Program-made: the position numbers and the translations under genes
Shown here: in pieces, positions 1-11,230 of the stretch
Position numbering within the stretch: position 1 is the first letter of the stretch
Layout of the letters: every line of letters starts with the position of its first letter
NCBI GenBank assembly: GCA_965649765.1
Contig: OZ287755.1
Location: 59,644,001 to 59,708,000, forward strand
Source: Bispira polyomma
Lineage: Eukaryota
Length of the DNA: 64,000 nucleotides
Direction: 5' to 3'
The notes under the pieces: model-generated
The model's database searches: none
Seen by the model: only the letters and a program-made list of their open reading frames with translations
What the model was told of the DNA's origin: nothing

Positions 1-280
1 ATTATATTCTGCAAACAAAGGGTACTGATTTAATTGTCACATTAAAGAATTAACTTCAAATTTGTATTTATAAACCACTAAAAATCAAATTTTCTACTCA
101 ATAACATAAAATAGTTCTTATTTTAACATGTTTTAACAGTTTATTGATTAATTTATTTATTATAACGCTATTAAAACAAATCAAAGCATCTAAACATTCT
201 TGTTTACGTTAAAAACCTTCCATTATGACGTCACAATGCAAATCTGAAAAGCCAAGAAGTATTGGAGTTGGTACCTTAAA
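1..280. mobile_element. Interspersed repeat remnant ending ...GTACCTTAA (possible TTAA-target DNA transposon derivative)
   Basis: Homologous, inverted, to 20690-21010; superfamily not determined. Confidence 0.45.
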
Positions 281-557
281 TAATGAATTTAAAAACGTAT
301 TTAGAAAGCATTAAAGATCGAGTTTACTGTACTATCATGTTGTTTAGGGTCCATATTTTATGCTAACCACACTTGTAATACCTTTCTGCCTGAAATACTA
401 CATAAAATTGAGACTAAAACATTGCGATTAAAAACCTTGTCATATAGATAATAGCTAGCATATAGTTTGTCTTTAAAATATTATGACCTCTTTGGCCACA
501 GCATACACCATGATGTACACGTAATGCCCCTCCATGGTGTTACAACCTAGACCTACC

Positions 558-815
558 CTAGGGAAATACTGCTATTAATGTCAGCAGTAAGAATAGAGGT
601 TGTGACCACTGTCCTCTCTGAGCAGCAGAGCTAGTATCCTCTGTACCCTCTGTAGACTCAGTAACCTTTGTAGCCTTAGTGGACTCTGTAGCCTTATTAG
701 ACTGTAGCCTCAGTAGACTCTGTAGCCTCAGTAGCCTCAGTAACCTCTGTAGCCTCAGTAGCTTCAGTAACCTCGGCGTCACTGCATGGAGCCTCTGTTA
801 CACCATCTGATACAC
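558..815 (-). CDS. Terminal exon: TEA-repeat stalk and GPI-type signal, with a frameshift near 702
   Basis: Acceptor ttacacag at 816-823. The phase-1 frame reads VSDGVTEAPCSDAEVTEATEATEVTEATEATESTEATV and stops at TAA 697-699. The hydrophobic tail is in the frame of ORF 558..782. Confidence 0.8.
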
Positions 816-3800
816 CTGTGTAATCAAAGGGATTTAGTATTATGGTCTAATGTGGAATAACTTGTCTTACATTAATCGATAGATTATTTCTCTTTAACTC
901 TACAACCATCATAACTAGCTTTAGTGGGGCCCCCGTCTTGTAGTGGTAATGCGCTAGTCTCCTACCTCTAACATCGTGGGTTTGAATCACCACCCTAAAG
1001 GTTGGCAGTATAGACATGCTAAAGGTTGGCAGTATAGACATGCTAAAGGTTGGCAGTATAAACATATTAAAGGTTGACAGTATATACATGTTAAAGGTTG
1101 GCAGTAGAGACATGCTAAAGGTTGACAGTATAGACATGTTAAAGGTTGGCAGTATATACATGTTAAAGGTTGACAGTATATACATGCTAAAGGTTGGCAG
1201 TATAGACATGTCAAAGGTTGACAGTATATACATGCTAAAGGTTGGCAGTATAGACATGTTAAAGGTTGACAGTATAGACATGTTAAAGGTTGACAGTATA
1301 TACATGTTAAAGGTTGTCAGTAGAGACATGTTAAAGGTTGGCAGTATAGACATGTTAAAGGTTGGCAGTATAGACATGTTAAAGGTTGGCAGTATAGACA
1401 TGCTAAAGGTTGGCAGTATAGACATGCTAAACGTTGGCAGTATAGACATGTTAAAGGTTGACAGTATTAACATGCTAAAGGCTGGCAGTATATACATGCT
1501 AAAGGTTGACAGCATAGACATGCTAAAGATTGAAAGTATAGACATGCTAAAGGTTAGCAGTATAGACATGCTAAAGGTTAGAGGTATATACATGCTAAAG
1601 GTTGGCACTATAGACATGCTAAAGGTTGGCAGTAGAGACATGTTAAAGGTTGGCAGTATAAACATGCTAAAGGTTGACAGTATAGAAATGCTTTTACCCA
1701 GCCCTACATGGGCTTATACGTCACTTGAAACACATCTACATTATCCACAGGTCATATTTCGAATTCATAAATATTTTGTTATACATGTATGTAACCAATT
1801 GTAAACAATGAAACAACTATCTAAGTAAAATTTCCTTATGCTTCTCCCATGCTCGTATAAGATACTTTGATAAATCTTTTTGACAATTTTTGATAATATA
1901 TATATAAATTTATCTTTGTTGTCCATGGATGAAAAACCTTCAAAGTGTGATGCTATATTACAATACATTTGTTCTCGTAAAGAATTATAAATTGTACAAA
2001 TACATAAAAAGTGAAATTCATCTTCGACTAATTCGCTTGAACAAACTAGACACAGGCGTTCATCTGGATGCAATTTTCTTGGATTATCTGAAGTTAGATA
2101 TTAAACCGGCCAGTTTCGATTCAAAGTATTCCAGACCAAAATTGAGATAATAGTGAACTTTGGTATGTTGGTAAACAACTTTTTATATAGGGTTCAGTAG
2201 AAAGATTTGTTTTAAATAATTTTAGTGTTCGAAGTTTTGGCTTAGCAATAACCTCCTGTTGCCACTGTCTGTCAGAAATTTGATGTAACCTTGTTGTTGC
2301 TTCAGCTATATTGCATTTGTTTTGATGTAAAAATAGTTGCTCCATTTTTAACAATTTCAGGATATTTTTGACATCGGAACACCAGTTGTTTTAATCGGAC
2401 CAGGCATGATCCCATTCAAAGGTTATCCTAGTTAACCTAGAATTGTTCATATTTAGAATTCTGTTCCAAAACCGTAAAATACTAATAAAACGTCTAAATC
2501 TCCCTGGAAGCTAACCCATGTCTCCTAGGATAGCAGCAGTCGGAACAAAGCTATGTACACCTAGAAAGTACCTCATTGCCTTATTTTGTACTACATTTGG
2601 CGAATTTCTTTTGGTATAACCCCAAATATTGTATTTGTTTCTCTTTAGTATGAGCCATACAATTACCCAGACATTAGAACATTTTGCATAGTCCTAACGG
2701 GGGATATAAATGTATTTTAAGATATTACTTTTCATTTTAGAGCCCTAATTGATAGTAATAATGTGTCAGTTCAACTTACACCAAGTTCCTGCATCATTGG
2801 CCACCTCTCCATCTGGACAATCTGCAAGTATAGATACATCTTTTTTCAAAGTAATTGTACAGTACAAATTACATTCTAAATGCAATCATACATAAGTTTA
2901 ACATGTTTGTAGACATCTACCCAAATTGACATATTAACCGCTTAAAAATCAAGTTACAGCTTTATTTACTCTACTTCCATGTCAAATATACACATAGTAT
3001 ATTGCAGCCATCCTAACTCCACTGTGTAACCGTCCTACTTTGCTGCTCGCCTTTCCTTCAATAACCTTAAAATGGGAAAGAGACTGGACCTAGAGCTTAC
3101 TGTATTGCTGGCCCTATGTCTTGGAACAGTCTCCCTGTTGGACTTAGATCACTTTCCGGTTTTAGCAAAAAGCCTAAAATACACATCTTCAAATTTGCTG
3201 ACCCCCCCCCCCCCCCCCTAGTTCCCTTCATGTACATCCCCACATCCTTCCTTTCGACCCAGTTATGATTTTGGATGGTTAACCGATTCTGTTGTTGCAC
3301 TTTGGAAGATGCCTGGCATCATCAATAAGGCGCATTGTTAATCCAAAACAATACAATTGTGTATCATCTGTTTGGATACACTAAATATGAAGTCACAGTT
3401 GACTTAGTTCATCCAGTTTATCCACAAAATGCCCAACAATAACAATATTGATTGGATTACATCACAAAGAGGAGAAGTAAGATTCTTCTCTGGGACATTC
3501 TCAACCCACCTTCGCAGGCAGTCCCTGCACCATTTGGCACCTGACCGGCCTCACAGGCATCACAGGAGGATGTTGATGAGCATTGGCTACAGTTTGCCAT
3601 TGTAGTTGAGCATTCTGGAAAGCAAGATCAGGGCTTGTCTTGACAAAAATTCTTAAACTTGCACTCATGCTTAATAGTTTATAGTTACACTCTTTAAAAG
3701 TTGATATTATCAAGACCTTTAGTCTGAATTTATGCTTAAACTAGTGTGAGAATGTGGGTTCACCAAGGAGGTGGCTTAGGAAGTAAGATTATAATAATCA

Positions 3801-6800
3801 ACTCTGGCAGTGTAAGCTGATTAACTTTTGCTTTGGAGAGCTTTCTAAATGAAATTTTTATTCTAGCATCTACAAATATTTTTGTATTGATTATTTGAGT
3901 GAATGCAATGTGAGTTTGCACTTAAACTACCCGTTTGATTGTACACTCACATGGGATCAATACAAATTACCACAATCTCATGTGTGATAAAACTGAGATC
4001 ACATGTTTTATAAATGAGTTGAAATGTTTTGTTTAATACAGCCTCAAAATACAAACATTACCTTACAGAAAGAGTGCATAAAAGTTTGCAGTTGTGTAAA
4101 CTGGTTGCAATTTGATGAGTGACAGTCTCATTTGAAACTATATAACTTTCACAGTTCTCTCAAATAATAAATTATGTTTTCTATAAGAAAATTCAATTCA
4201 CACTGTCTCTGAGTTTAAAAAAAATAAAATAGGAAGTTCTGTTGAATGAATGAATTGTACTATTTGTTTCGTTGTGACATGCAATACAGTGAAGTGTTCA
4301 AACCTTGACAGGCAGTCTCGTCATCGGTCTGGGTTTTCCCATCACTGCAGGCTGTGCAGGCAATGTCATAGGTGTAGGCATCGTAGTTAGTTGTGATTGT
4401 GTAGCATGCAACACAGTTCTCTATTTCACTACATGCTGTATACCATATATACAAAGCACCAAGTTTTAACAGGCATCAAATACAGTTAGATCATCACCAT
4501 GACATATTCAAGTATTTAATTTACTGTTGATACACTGTGGACAAAGCTTTTATCATAGAGAAACATTTAAAAGAAGTGAAAACTATGCCACCTGGATTTA
4601 GTAAACACTGAAAGGACATAGACTATATCACTACACGTTTCCTATGTAAAGACAAACTAATGTTTGTAGATATTGGCATGTCTATTAAAGTTTTACTGTG
4701 GTGAATATGTTGTTATTTCAGGCGATCTCCATCATGGTATGCCACCTTAATACATGTTGAAGCAAGTTCTATGCCAGGGCTACGTGTGTGTTTTATCCTG
4801 AATAAAGTATGTACTACTTTGGGGGCCCAATTCAGAATTTTGCTAATCTTTAGGTGGGATATAGTCCAACTAAAGCTCCCACGTTTGGCAGTCAGTCTTA
4901 ATATAGGTTAGCAGATCTTAAGGTAGACTATACCATCTTGAGATTGACTAGCAAAGTTAGCCCATTATGTGAATGACTAACACAGCATAAGATTTTAAAT
5001 GTTTAAAATTTAAAAAAACACACATATAATTTGGGATCACATAATTTATATTTCATTCATTATTTATGAATAGTATTATATGCACTTTAGTCACTAGGAA
5101 TTGCCAGGCATAATGACATCCATATAAGGCTAAAATCTATTTCACATGAATCAAGTGTGTAGTATTAGATTGCAAAAGAGGTCAATGAACTTGTATCACC
5201 AAAGAAACATAAAATACTGAATTAATACTGGACAAAACTAGATAGGCCACACCACTTGGGATCTATAGCAAACATGATATATTTAAAATTGCCTAAGTTG
5301 AGTTTTAATATGATTATATAACAACAGATCTTACAATGCACAAGGGTGTATCTATCAGTGCTCCTGTCACAGCCACTCTCTACGTAAGTTCCTTCATCAT
5401 CCAAACAGGCATTAGGGCGATTTCCAGACACAGACGCCAGGATAAGGAAAAACAGGGAACGTGTCAGTGTGTGAGTGGGATTGATACAATTGATACTCAC
5501 TGCAGAGTTACCATCGGAAAACCTCAGCGCACTGCCTGCAACAGTATTCAGGGTGTTACCCATGGTACTCAGGACCAGTTGAGTAGTGGATCCTGTCAGT
5601 TGAATTTTAAATTGGTCTGCAAAATAAATGAAAGGTCCACATCAAATGTTGTAAATAGAAAAAAAAAATATAAATATCAAGTTACAGACATGTGATTTAT
5701 ATGAATGAATTGAAAAGGAAACATGAAAAATGTATCCAATATATAAGACTACAGTCTATCATCACATAATTGTCAAATTCTTTATCAGTACAGTATTTAT
5801 GAACAAAATTGAAAAACTGCTACTGTACCATAAAAACTGTACCATAAACTCCATAGCTTGTGATTAAAAGTGATTCCTTACCTTATGTTGAAATAATGAA
5901 TCTAACGTTGATTTACAGAATCTGGCATCGAAAATCGTAATAACTTATTAGAATTGTAGCCCTGAGGTTGTATTCTAGAAAATCTTAGTCTCAAACTCAA
6001 TTCTGAAGTACCCATATTCCTGGGTAGGATGAAGTTAAGTAATTCTGACTGCATATTTGAATTCAGCACTAAAAGCCCTGTTACCAAGACTGATCACATG
6101 TATAGGTTATTTTCCCAAAACAAGGGCTTTCAGAATAGTCTTCATTTGAGTTGAGTATGAATTTGAGCTTGAGTTTTTTTCGGAGAATATGGACCCTGAT
6201 ATCTTACTGTATTGGCCTTGTACAGTCATCACAGTCAACTCTGCACAGGCACTGCCATCCCCTGCTACTACTAGATTTGCGCCGTCATCCATGCATTTGG
6301 TGAAATCGTGGAGATAAAGGTAACCTTTCAACACTGAGAGAAGAAAACATTGGTCAATAACACAAATGGATACGAGATAGGTGACAGTAATCACTAAATA
6401 ACAACTAGTGAATTCGACAACGTGACAGTAATTACCTTATAACCAGTGGGTCCAGCAATGTAAAATTATTTCATAACTAACACCTGATGTCAAACATAAA
6501 ATCAATCCAGTTATTAGGTAATTAATATGAGATAAATACCAATATGATGATAAATAACAATTTAATATCTGGATAGTGATATTAAATACCAAATTCAACA
6601 GGATAATATTGTCTTAAATAGTAGTTTAAATATATTTTTAAAAAATATTTATAAAAAGGAAAGCAATTCCATAGCGTCACTCTATGTATTGAAATACATG
6701 CAGATTTTAAGTTTGCTCTGGCATACAACATTTAAAATTTCTTTGCTTGTCTAGTGAACTATTTCTTACCACAATTTATACATAAAAAGATTGAATATTA

Positions 6801-7464
6801 TTAACAGACAAATTTGTTTTTGCTTTATACAATAAAATAATGATAAGATAATAAATAATATCTTTTAGTTTGCTTTATACAATAACATAATGATAATATA
6901 TAGTTAACAATATTTGTTTTCAAACAATTATACTGGCCTTGTTTTGCAAGATGGCAATTTGTGAAGTGCAACCTTTTATTGGTTATACACATATTTTAGA
7001 ACAACAGAATAAATAAGGCTCAATTATTGGATAATGTAAAACACCTGGTTTGTGGGCTCATGCTTCACTTGTTTTTATGACATACTTTTCTATTAGAATT
7101 CTTTTGCACATAAATATTGAATTTTTCTTAAGAAATGAGATTTGGAGTGCAACACTGAGCGGGATATAAAATTATCCCCTTAAAATTTAAAAAAAACAAA
7201 CTGTTGAAGTGTTTAAATGGATAAGTTGAATTTACTCATTTCTGAAAATGGAAAATTCAGCTAAATCTAAGACATAATATAAATAGTACTATTAAGCGAT
7301 ACTACTATACAACATTTACAATTTTTACAACAATGTCAGAATGCAGAAATATTTGCAATTTTTATGTACTTGGAGATTATTTACACCAATGTTAAATATA
7401 AAATTACTGTCATACCTATTAATGTTCCGGGGCCTCCTGCAAATACAACCACACCCCAAGTAAT
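558..7464 (-). CDS. Multi-exon gene for a putative GPI-anchored surface protein (beta-trefoil-like domain + CxxC Cys-rich modules + Thr/Glu/Ala stalk + GPI-type signal); frameshifted in the last exon in this sequence
   Basis: GT-AG exons on the minus strand: 7416-7464, 6208-6333, 5335-5616, 4304-4435, 3510-3614, 2780-2821, 558-815. The five internal exons are 126, 282, 132, 105 and 42 nt, all phase 1-1, and join without stops: ITWGVVVFAGGPGTLI-VLKGYLYLHDFTKCMDDG...ACLDDEG...-SCSEIENCVAC...CTACSDG...-ECSTTMANCSQC...CDACEAG...-DCPDGEVANDAGTW-CVSDGVTEAP(TEA)n. The C-terminal frame ends SSAAQRGQWSQPLFLLLTLIAVFP*. Confidence 0.8.
926..995 (+). mobile_element. tRNA-derived SINE head
   Basis: A-box-like TGTAGTGGTAAT and B-box-like GGGTTTGAATCACC; similar to the SINE heads at 51369 and 54860. 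Confidence 0.55.
996..1690. repeat. 24-bp minisatellite, ~29 copies (TAAAGGTTGGCAGTATAGACATGC)
   Basis: Tandem units read directly; accounts for the 8-aa-periodic ORFs 847..1665, 987..1214 and 1016..1804. Confidence 0.97.
1695..2630 (-). mobile_element. 5'-truncated, decayed non-LTR retrotransposon (RTE-X/L1-type ORF2 C-terminus)
   Basis: Fragments IWGY...VQNKAMRYFLGVH...AAILGDMG and KPKLRTLKLFK, plus the CCHC zinc knuckle RLCLVC...VEDEFHFLCIC..YNSLR; stops and frameshifts present. Confidence 0.85.
2780..2821 (-). CDS. Internal exon (CPDGEVANDAGTW), truncated Cys-rich module
   Basis: ttgcag acceptor, gtaagt donor, 42 nt, phase 1-1; resembles the end of the preceding module (GQVPNGAGTAC). 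Confidence 0.75.
3005..3360 (+). mobile_element. L2/CR1-group LINE 3' end (family A)
   Basis: Matches 40170-40547, including the WNSLP..LRS coding remnant and the GAAGATGCCTGGCATC 3' stem-loop. Confidence 0.85.
3510..3614 (-). CDS. Internal exon, CxxC Cys-rich module (CSTTMANCSQCSSTSSCDACEAGQVPNGAGTACE)
   Basis: tttccag acceptor, gtgggt donor, 105 nt, phase 1-1. The correct frame is not the one in the ORF track. Confidence 0.85.
4304..4435 (-). CDS. Internal exon, CxxC Cys-rich module (CSEIENCVAC...CTACSDGKTQTDDETACQ)
   Basis: tacag acceptor, gtttga donor, 132 nt, phase 1-1; lies within ORF 4260..4454. Confidence 0.85.
4822..4975. mobile_element. Degraded MITE related to the GGGCC(G/A)TATTCAC family
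   Basis: Starts GGGGCCCAATTCA and ends ...ATGTGAAT, resembling the termini at 20144 and 59263; heavily diverged. Confidence 0.35.
5335..5616 (-). CDS. Internal exon, C-terminal two-thirds of the beta-trefoil-like domain
   Basis: ttattttgcag acceptor, gtaaga donor, 282 nt open in phase 1; same frame as ORF 5222..5563. Confidence 0.75.
6208..6333 (-). CDS. Internal exon, first repeat of the beta-trefoil-like domain (LKGYLYLHDFTKCMDDGANLVVAGDGSACAELTVMTVQGQY)
   Basis: ttttcttctctcag acceptor, gtaaga donor, 126 nt, phase 1-1; within ORF 6107..6394. Confidence 0.8.
7416..7464 (-). CDS. Short exon, probably part of the signal peptide (ITWGVVVFAGGPGTLI)
   Basis: Strong polypyrimidine acceptor tttttgtttgcag and gtatga donor. 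A second ttgcag acceptor inside the exon (7437-7442) would give a 21-nt phase 1-1 exon. Confidence 0.6.
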
Positions 7465-8129
7465 CTGCAAACAAAAATATGCAAAAACAAATTAGCTTCT
7501 TCTGTCTATAACCATTTTTTATGTACAATGTATAGAAATCTTTGAATACACAATTTTAAGGAGTAATGATTGCAGTTTTTTGGGAGGCTTTGTTATTCAA
7601 GTTAACAACATATTACCCACCACATTACAAAATAGATTCAAATAACCAGGTCCATGTTTGGAATTAGACCACTATGAAATTTTGTTATTTGTTATCCTAT
7701 AGCCTTTTGCTTCACACTGAAGTCCGGCGAAATGCAATCATCAATCATAGCCTGACATATTTCAGTATAAATGAAAACAGGTCTGAACTATTGTTTTTTG
7801 GAGATATCTTGAAAAATATAGAACTATATGATTTCCTGTTGAATCCAAGATGGCCGAACATTACAGATAGGCCCTTAAACAAATAGCTTCCGAGAAGATT
7901 CATCTTGGTAACTTAGCTCTCGGAATGCATTTGAAATTATTAAGTAGTCATTCCCCTTTGATATCTGTGAATATTCACCAAAGTTATAATTGTTTACTAC
8001 TTTTATGAATTTTAGTTGCAACCCTATCAATTGTTTATTGATGCTAGGCATCTTCTAAAGATACAGCACCCTTCACCATGTGAAGCGTGAAAGGGAGTTG
8101 CGCCCCTTGCCGCCGGATGCTATGGGGTG

Positions 8130-8302
8130 GGTTAATACTCAATCTGGTTGCTTGCTGATTAACCAGCTGTTAACCCCCCTACCCTTACGACATTGCTATG
8201 CCCATGGACTTTACGATTGGATCACTGATTCTGCTGTTGTGCTTTAGAAGATGCCTGGCATCAATAAAGTGCGTTAAAAATGCATAATAATAAATAATAA
8301 TA
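8130..8302 (+). mobile_element. L2 LINE 3' UTR remnant (family A) with (AAT)n tail
   Basis: CCATGGACTT...GATTCTGCTGTTGTGCTTTAGAAGATGCCTGGCATCAATAAAGTGCGTTAAAAA followed by (TAA)n. Confidence 0.85.
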
Positions 8303-8446
8303 AAGCACAACAGCAAAATTCACTGGTAGATTGATGTACATGGATGAATTGAAACACTACTGACATACAACAGGTTGAGCAGGACGATCTATGATGGACC
8401 GATAGATTGATGTACATGGTGAGACCACCTAAGTGGATATGAATAA

Positions 8447-9050
8447 TGACCCAGAAACATGTTTACAACTGTTGGTGTCAGTTACAGTAATCCTTGTGTA
8501 CCGTTTTCACCATGCTGTTGCTAAAACAGCCAACAAACACATATTGACATAGGCTAATGGCATACATTGAGTTGTTACTTAACTATCAGATATACACAAA
8601 TGTACAGAAATCAGTTTCATGCATGGGAAATTACTGAAGCAATATCTATAGAATGGAATCATCATGGATAAAAAGTTGCAGTTGTAGGGTAGCTGTCCTT
8701 GATGTAGTTAACTATGTTGGTTTTACATAAGAGAATGGGATTTAGATGATTCCTTCTCATAGTGACATATGTTCAGATGCAGGATAAGTTCAATTGAGGC
8801 AGGGTAGTCATTCCTCGATGTAGTGGACTATGTTGATTTTACTTAAGAGAATGAATATGTTTAAGTGCAGGGGAACTTCAACTTAAATTTACCACACTGC
8901 AAAACAACAAGAGTTGTACATTTTGGTCAGAATTTAAAGTACAGTTCCTGGTATTTAAAAAAAAACCTTTATCTGTGTTCAGCTGGATTACAACCTTGAA
9001 TCCGCGCATGTTCGATTGCTTTAATTTTATCTTTCAAAATTTTTATTTTG
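8447..9050 (+). repeat. Duplicated block P (copy 1); copy 2 at ~15290-15875
   Basis: Shared collinear segments such as TGTTTACAACTGTTGGTG, TGTTGCTAAAACAGCCAACAAAC, AATTACTGAAGCAATATCTATAGAATG and ATTACAACCTTGAATCC. Confidence 0.9.
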
Positions 9051-9559
9051 CTATAACCAAAAAAGGTCCTTTTCAGGGCCACCCAAATATTTCAAGAACA
9101 ATGTCTAAGCTATTTGTTACACCCCTCATTTCCTTAACCAATTACAGCTCACACAAATCACTTCCTAGGGCTCAAACCCACCACCCATACATGCAATATT
9201 TGTGGTCCCACCAGAGAAAAATAGCACATCCCCAACATACTTGAATTTTTTTTTACCCCAACACACAATGATAAAAGAAACTTACAAAACCCCTTATTGT
9301 AACAGATTCGAACCCAAGGCCTTACACAGACATTATAAATTAATGCTGGGGACCACCATATTATATGACATATAGATTTCCCAGCAATAGATAGTTCATG
9401 GCCTATTTACTGTTACAGATCACTTTTTCAAACTTTGTCATTTGTGTGACCATTTGTTTAGAGACAAAATTGGGTTCAAACCCTAAAAGTGGAGTGACCA
9501 CTTGTTTAGAAGAGGAATATCTCAGGAATTTATTTATTTTGTCTGAATTCTACTCAAGG

Positions 9560-10838
9560 TGGAAAAAGTGTCGTTCCTAAAAGTCTGTAAGTCCCCCTCA
9601 TCCAGCTTCTTAGCTTCTGCTGCCAGGTACTGAAAGAAAGTGGCGCGGTTCAACTGCGGGGGTTCTGGTTTCTGGTTAAAGCTTGACATGATGGTCCTAA
9701 GGTGTCTGAAATGGTTAACTTCTCTGGGCGCTTCTCATGCTGTTCTCAGCTTCGCTATCCAAACCAATACTGGAGCATCTTGAGATGTCTTGTGCTACCT
9801 CTCTAGGATAGGGTGGGGAAGCTCCCTTGGTGAATGACGTCTACGGCTTGAATGAAGACGACCTCACATGGCGAACGATGTGAGATCCCAGGAAAGAGAA
9901 CCTACTGATCAACCAATTGTCCCTCTCAACAAAGTCTGGGGCGGCTTGCCCTGTTTTCTTCGTGTCTTCTGGAACTCAAACTAAGTCTTTACTTCCATCA
10001 TTTTGAGGCCTCTGCTGGTGGCGAAATCTTCCCACAATCTCCCCTTAAGGGATCGATCCTTGAATTGTTCATGTCACTTGTGGTACAGTACTTTGTTGTC
10101 TCTCACCAAGTCAACCACGGCCTCCTCATCCTCCTCTGTCAGAATGACATGGACCATCTTCTTGCCTTCTTGACTCCACCTCTGTACTGGGAAGACTCCT
10201 TCAATCCCTAGGACGAATCCTTTAATCCATCGGATGACTCCTTCAATTCCTCTATCTCACTTCTCTCACTAGGGGTGGGGCTGTCTCTCTGGTCTCTCCT
10301 CTTTCTCTTAGCTTTCAACTTTTGAGCTTTTGTTTTTGACCCAAACACCCCGACAAACAAAAGTTCGATCCTATTGGTTGGGAGTGAATACATCAGATCC
10401 TATTGGTGTTAAGTTCGATTGTATCCTCCCCCATTCAATCCTTTACCTCTCCTGGCAGATCTTATAGTCAATATGTTCGGGGCGCAATACGTCAGATCGG
10501 GACATGAATAACTTCAATCTTACTACTGGCCCGTTTGGTCTGATCCAAAAAAGGGTGGATCCAAGTAGGACAGAATGAGCCAGTGATAGAACAGCCCTGG
10601 AGTGCGATAAGACCTACCAGACAGGACGTATTGACAATACGATCGACTTAGCCATCAATACGATTTGGAGGTCCGGGACACAAGCCAGGACACTTTTTGA
10701 AAATATTCAACATGTTGAATATTTTTGCCGACCTTCCCGACCGCCCCGTTTTCACTCCCTAACCTTCCTGTACACACCCCGGACCTCAAATTTGGAAAGG
10801 CTGGGGACCAAATCGGCAATGTGAAACCACCATTTAAG
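9560..10838 (-). mobile_element. Decayed PIF/Harbinger derivative carrying a MADF/Myb-like accessory-gene remnant
   Basis: Minus-strand translation of ~10165-9860 gives LTEEDEEAVVDLVRDNKVLYHK*HEQFKDRSLKGRLWEDFA...RDNWLISRFSFLGSHIVRH, which parallels the MADF protein at 48219-47380. A Harbinger-like terminus TTAA|ATGGTGGTTTCACA lies near 10838; the other end was not found. Confidence 0.7.
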
Positions 10839-10865
10839 GAAAAAAATGGTCTTAATATAGGGATA

Positions 10866-11230
10866 AGACCAGGCATGACTGGAAACCATTTGTAAATTTG
10901 TAGGTGATACTTTTAAATGATAGTGAAGCAATTTGTCTCTACATAAATGTCCTTGTAATTACAAGACACACACTATCAAAACCAAGCTGATCATATGGTA
11001 GAATTTATTCCCAGGTCTCAATAACCTTGGATTATGAGACAGTGTTACATTCCTAAGCTACAGTTTGTAAGCACAAAATTTGGACTACATTAGGATATTT
11101 TTCATGGAAAAACCAACCATATGATCCTGATTATCGAATATAGGTAGAAAAACATTATAATCCAAAGTGTGTCATGGTAGTTTAATTGTGTGGATCTCCC
11201 TCGTATTACAGGCATATTTGTGGTGACTGT
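10866..11230 (+). repeat. Duplicated block Q (copy 1); other copies at ~15905-16245 and ~19320-19540
   Basis: GACCAGG.ATGACTGGAAACCATTTGTAAAT.TGTAGGTGATACTT...ACATAAATGTCCTTGTAATTACAAG is nearly identical at 19321; the 15905 copy is more diverged. Confidence 0.9.

Noticed and set aside
558-782. ORF MTPRLLKLLRLQ... as a standalone gene
   Set aside because: The N-terminal half is the out-of-frame reading of the TEA repeat; only the part after ~700 is the real coding frame.
847-1804. Long ORFs on both strands (272 aa, 262 aa, 75 aa) with 8-aa periodicity
   Set aside because: Produced by a 24-bp minisatellite lacking stops in several frames; it lies in an intron and has no splice or domain support.
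3501-3713. ORF MIISTFKEC...
   Set aside because: Wrong frame; the exon is read in the Cys-rich frame fixed by splice phase.
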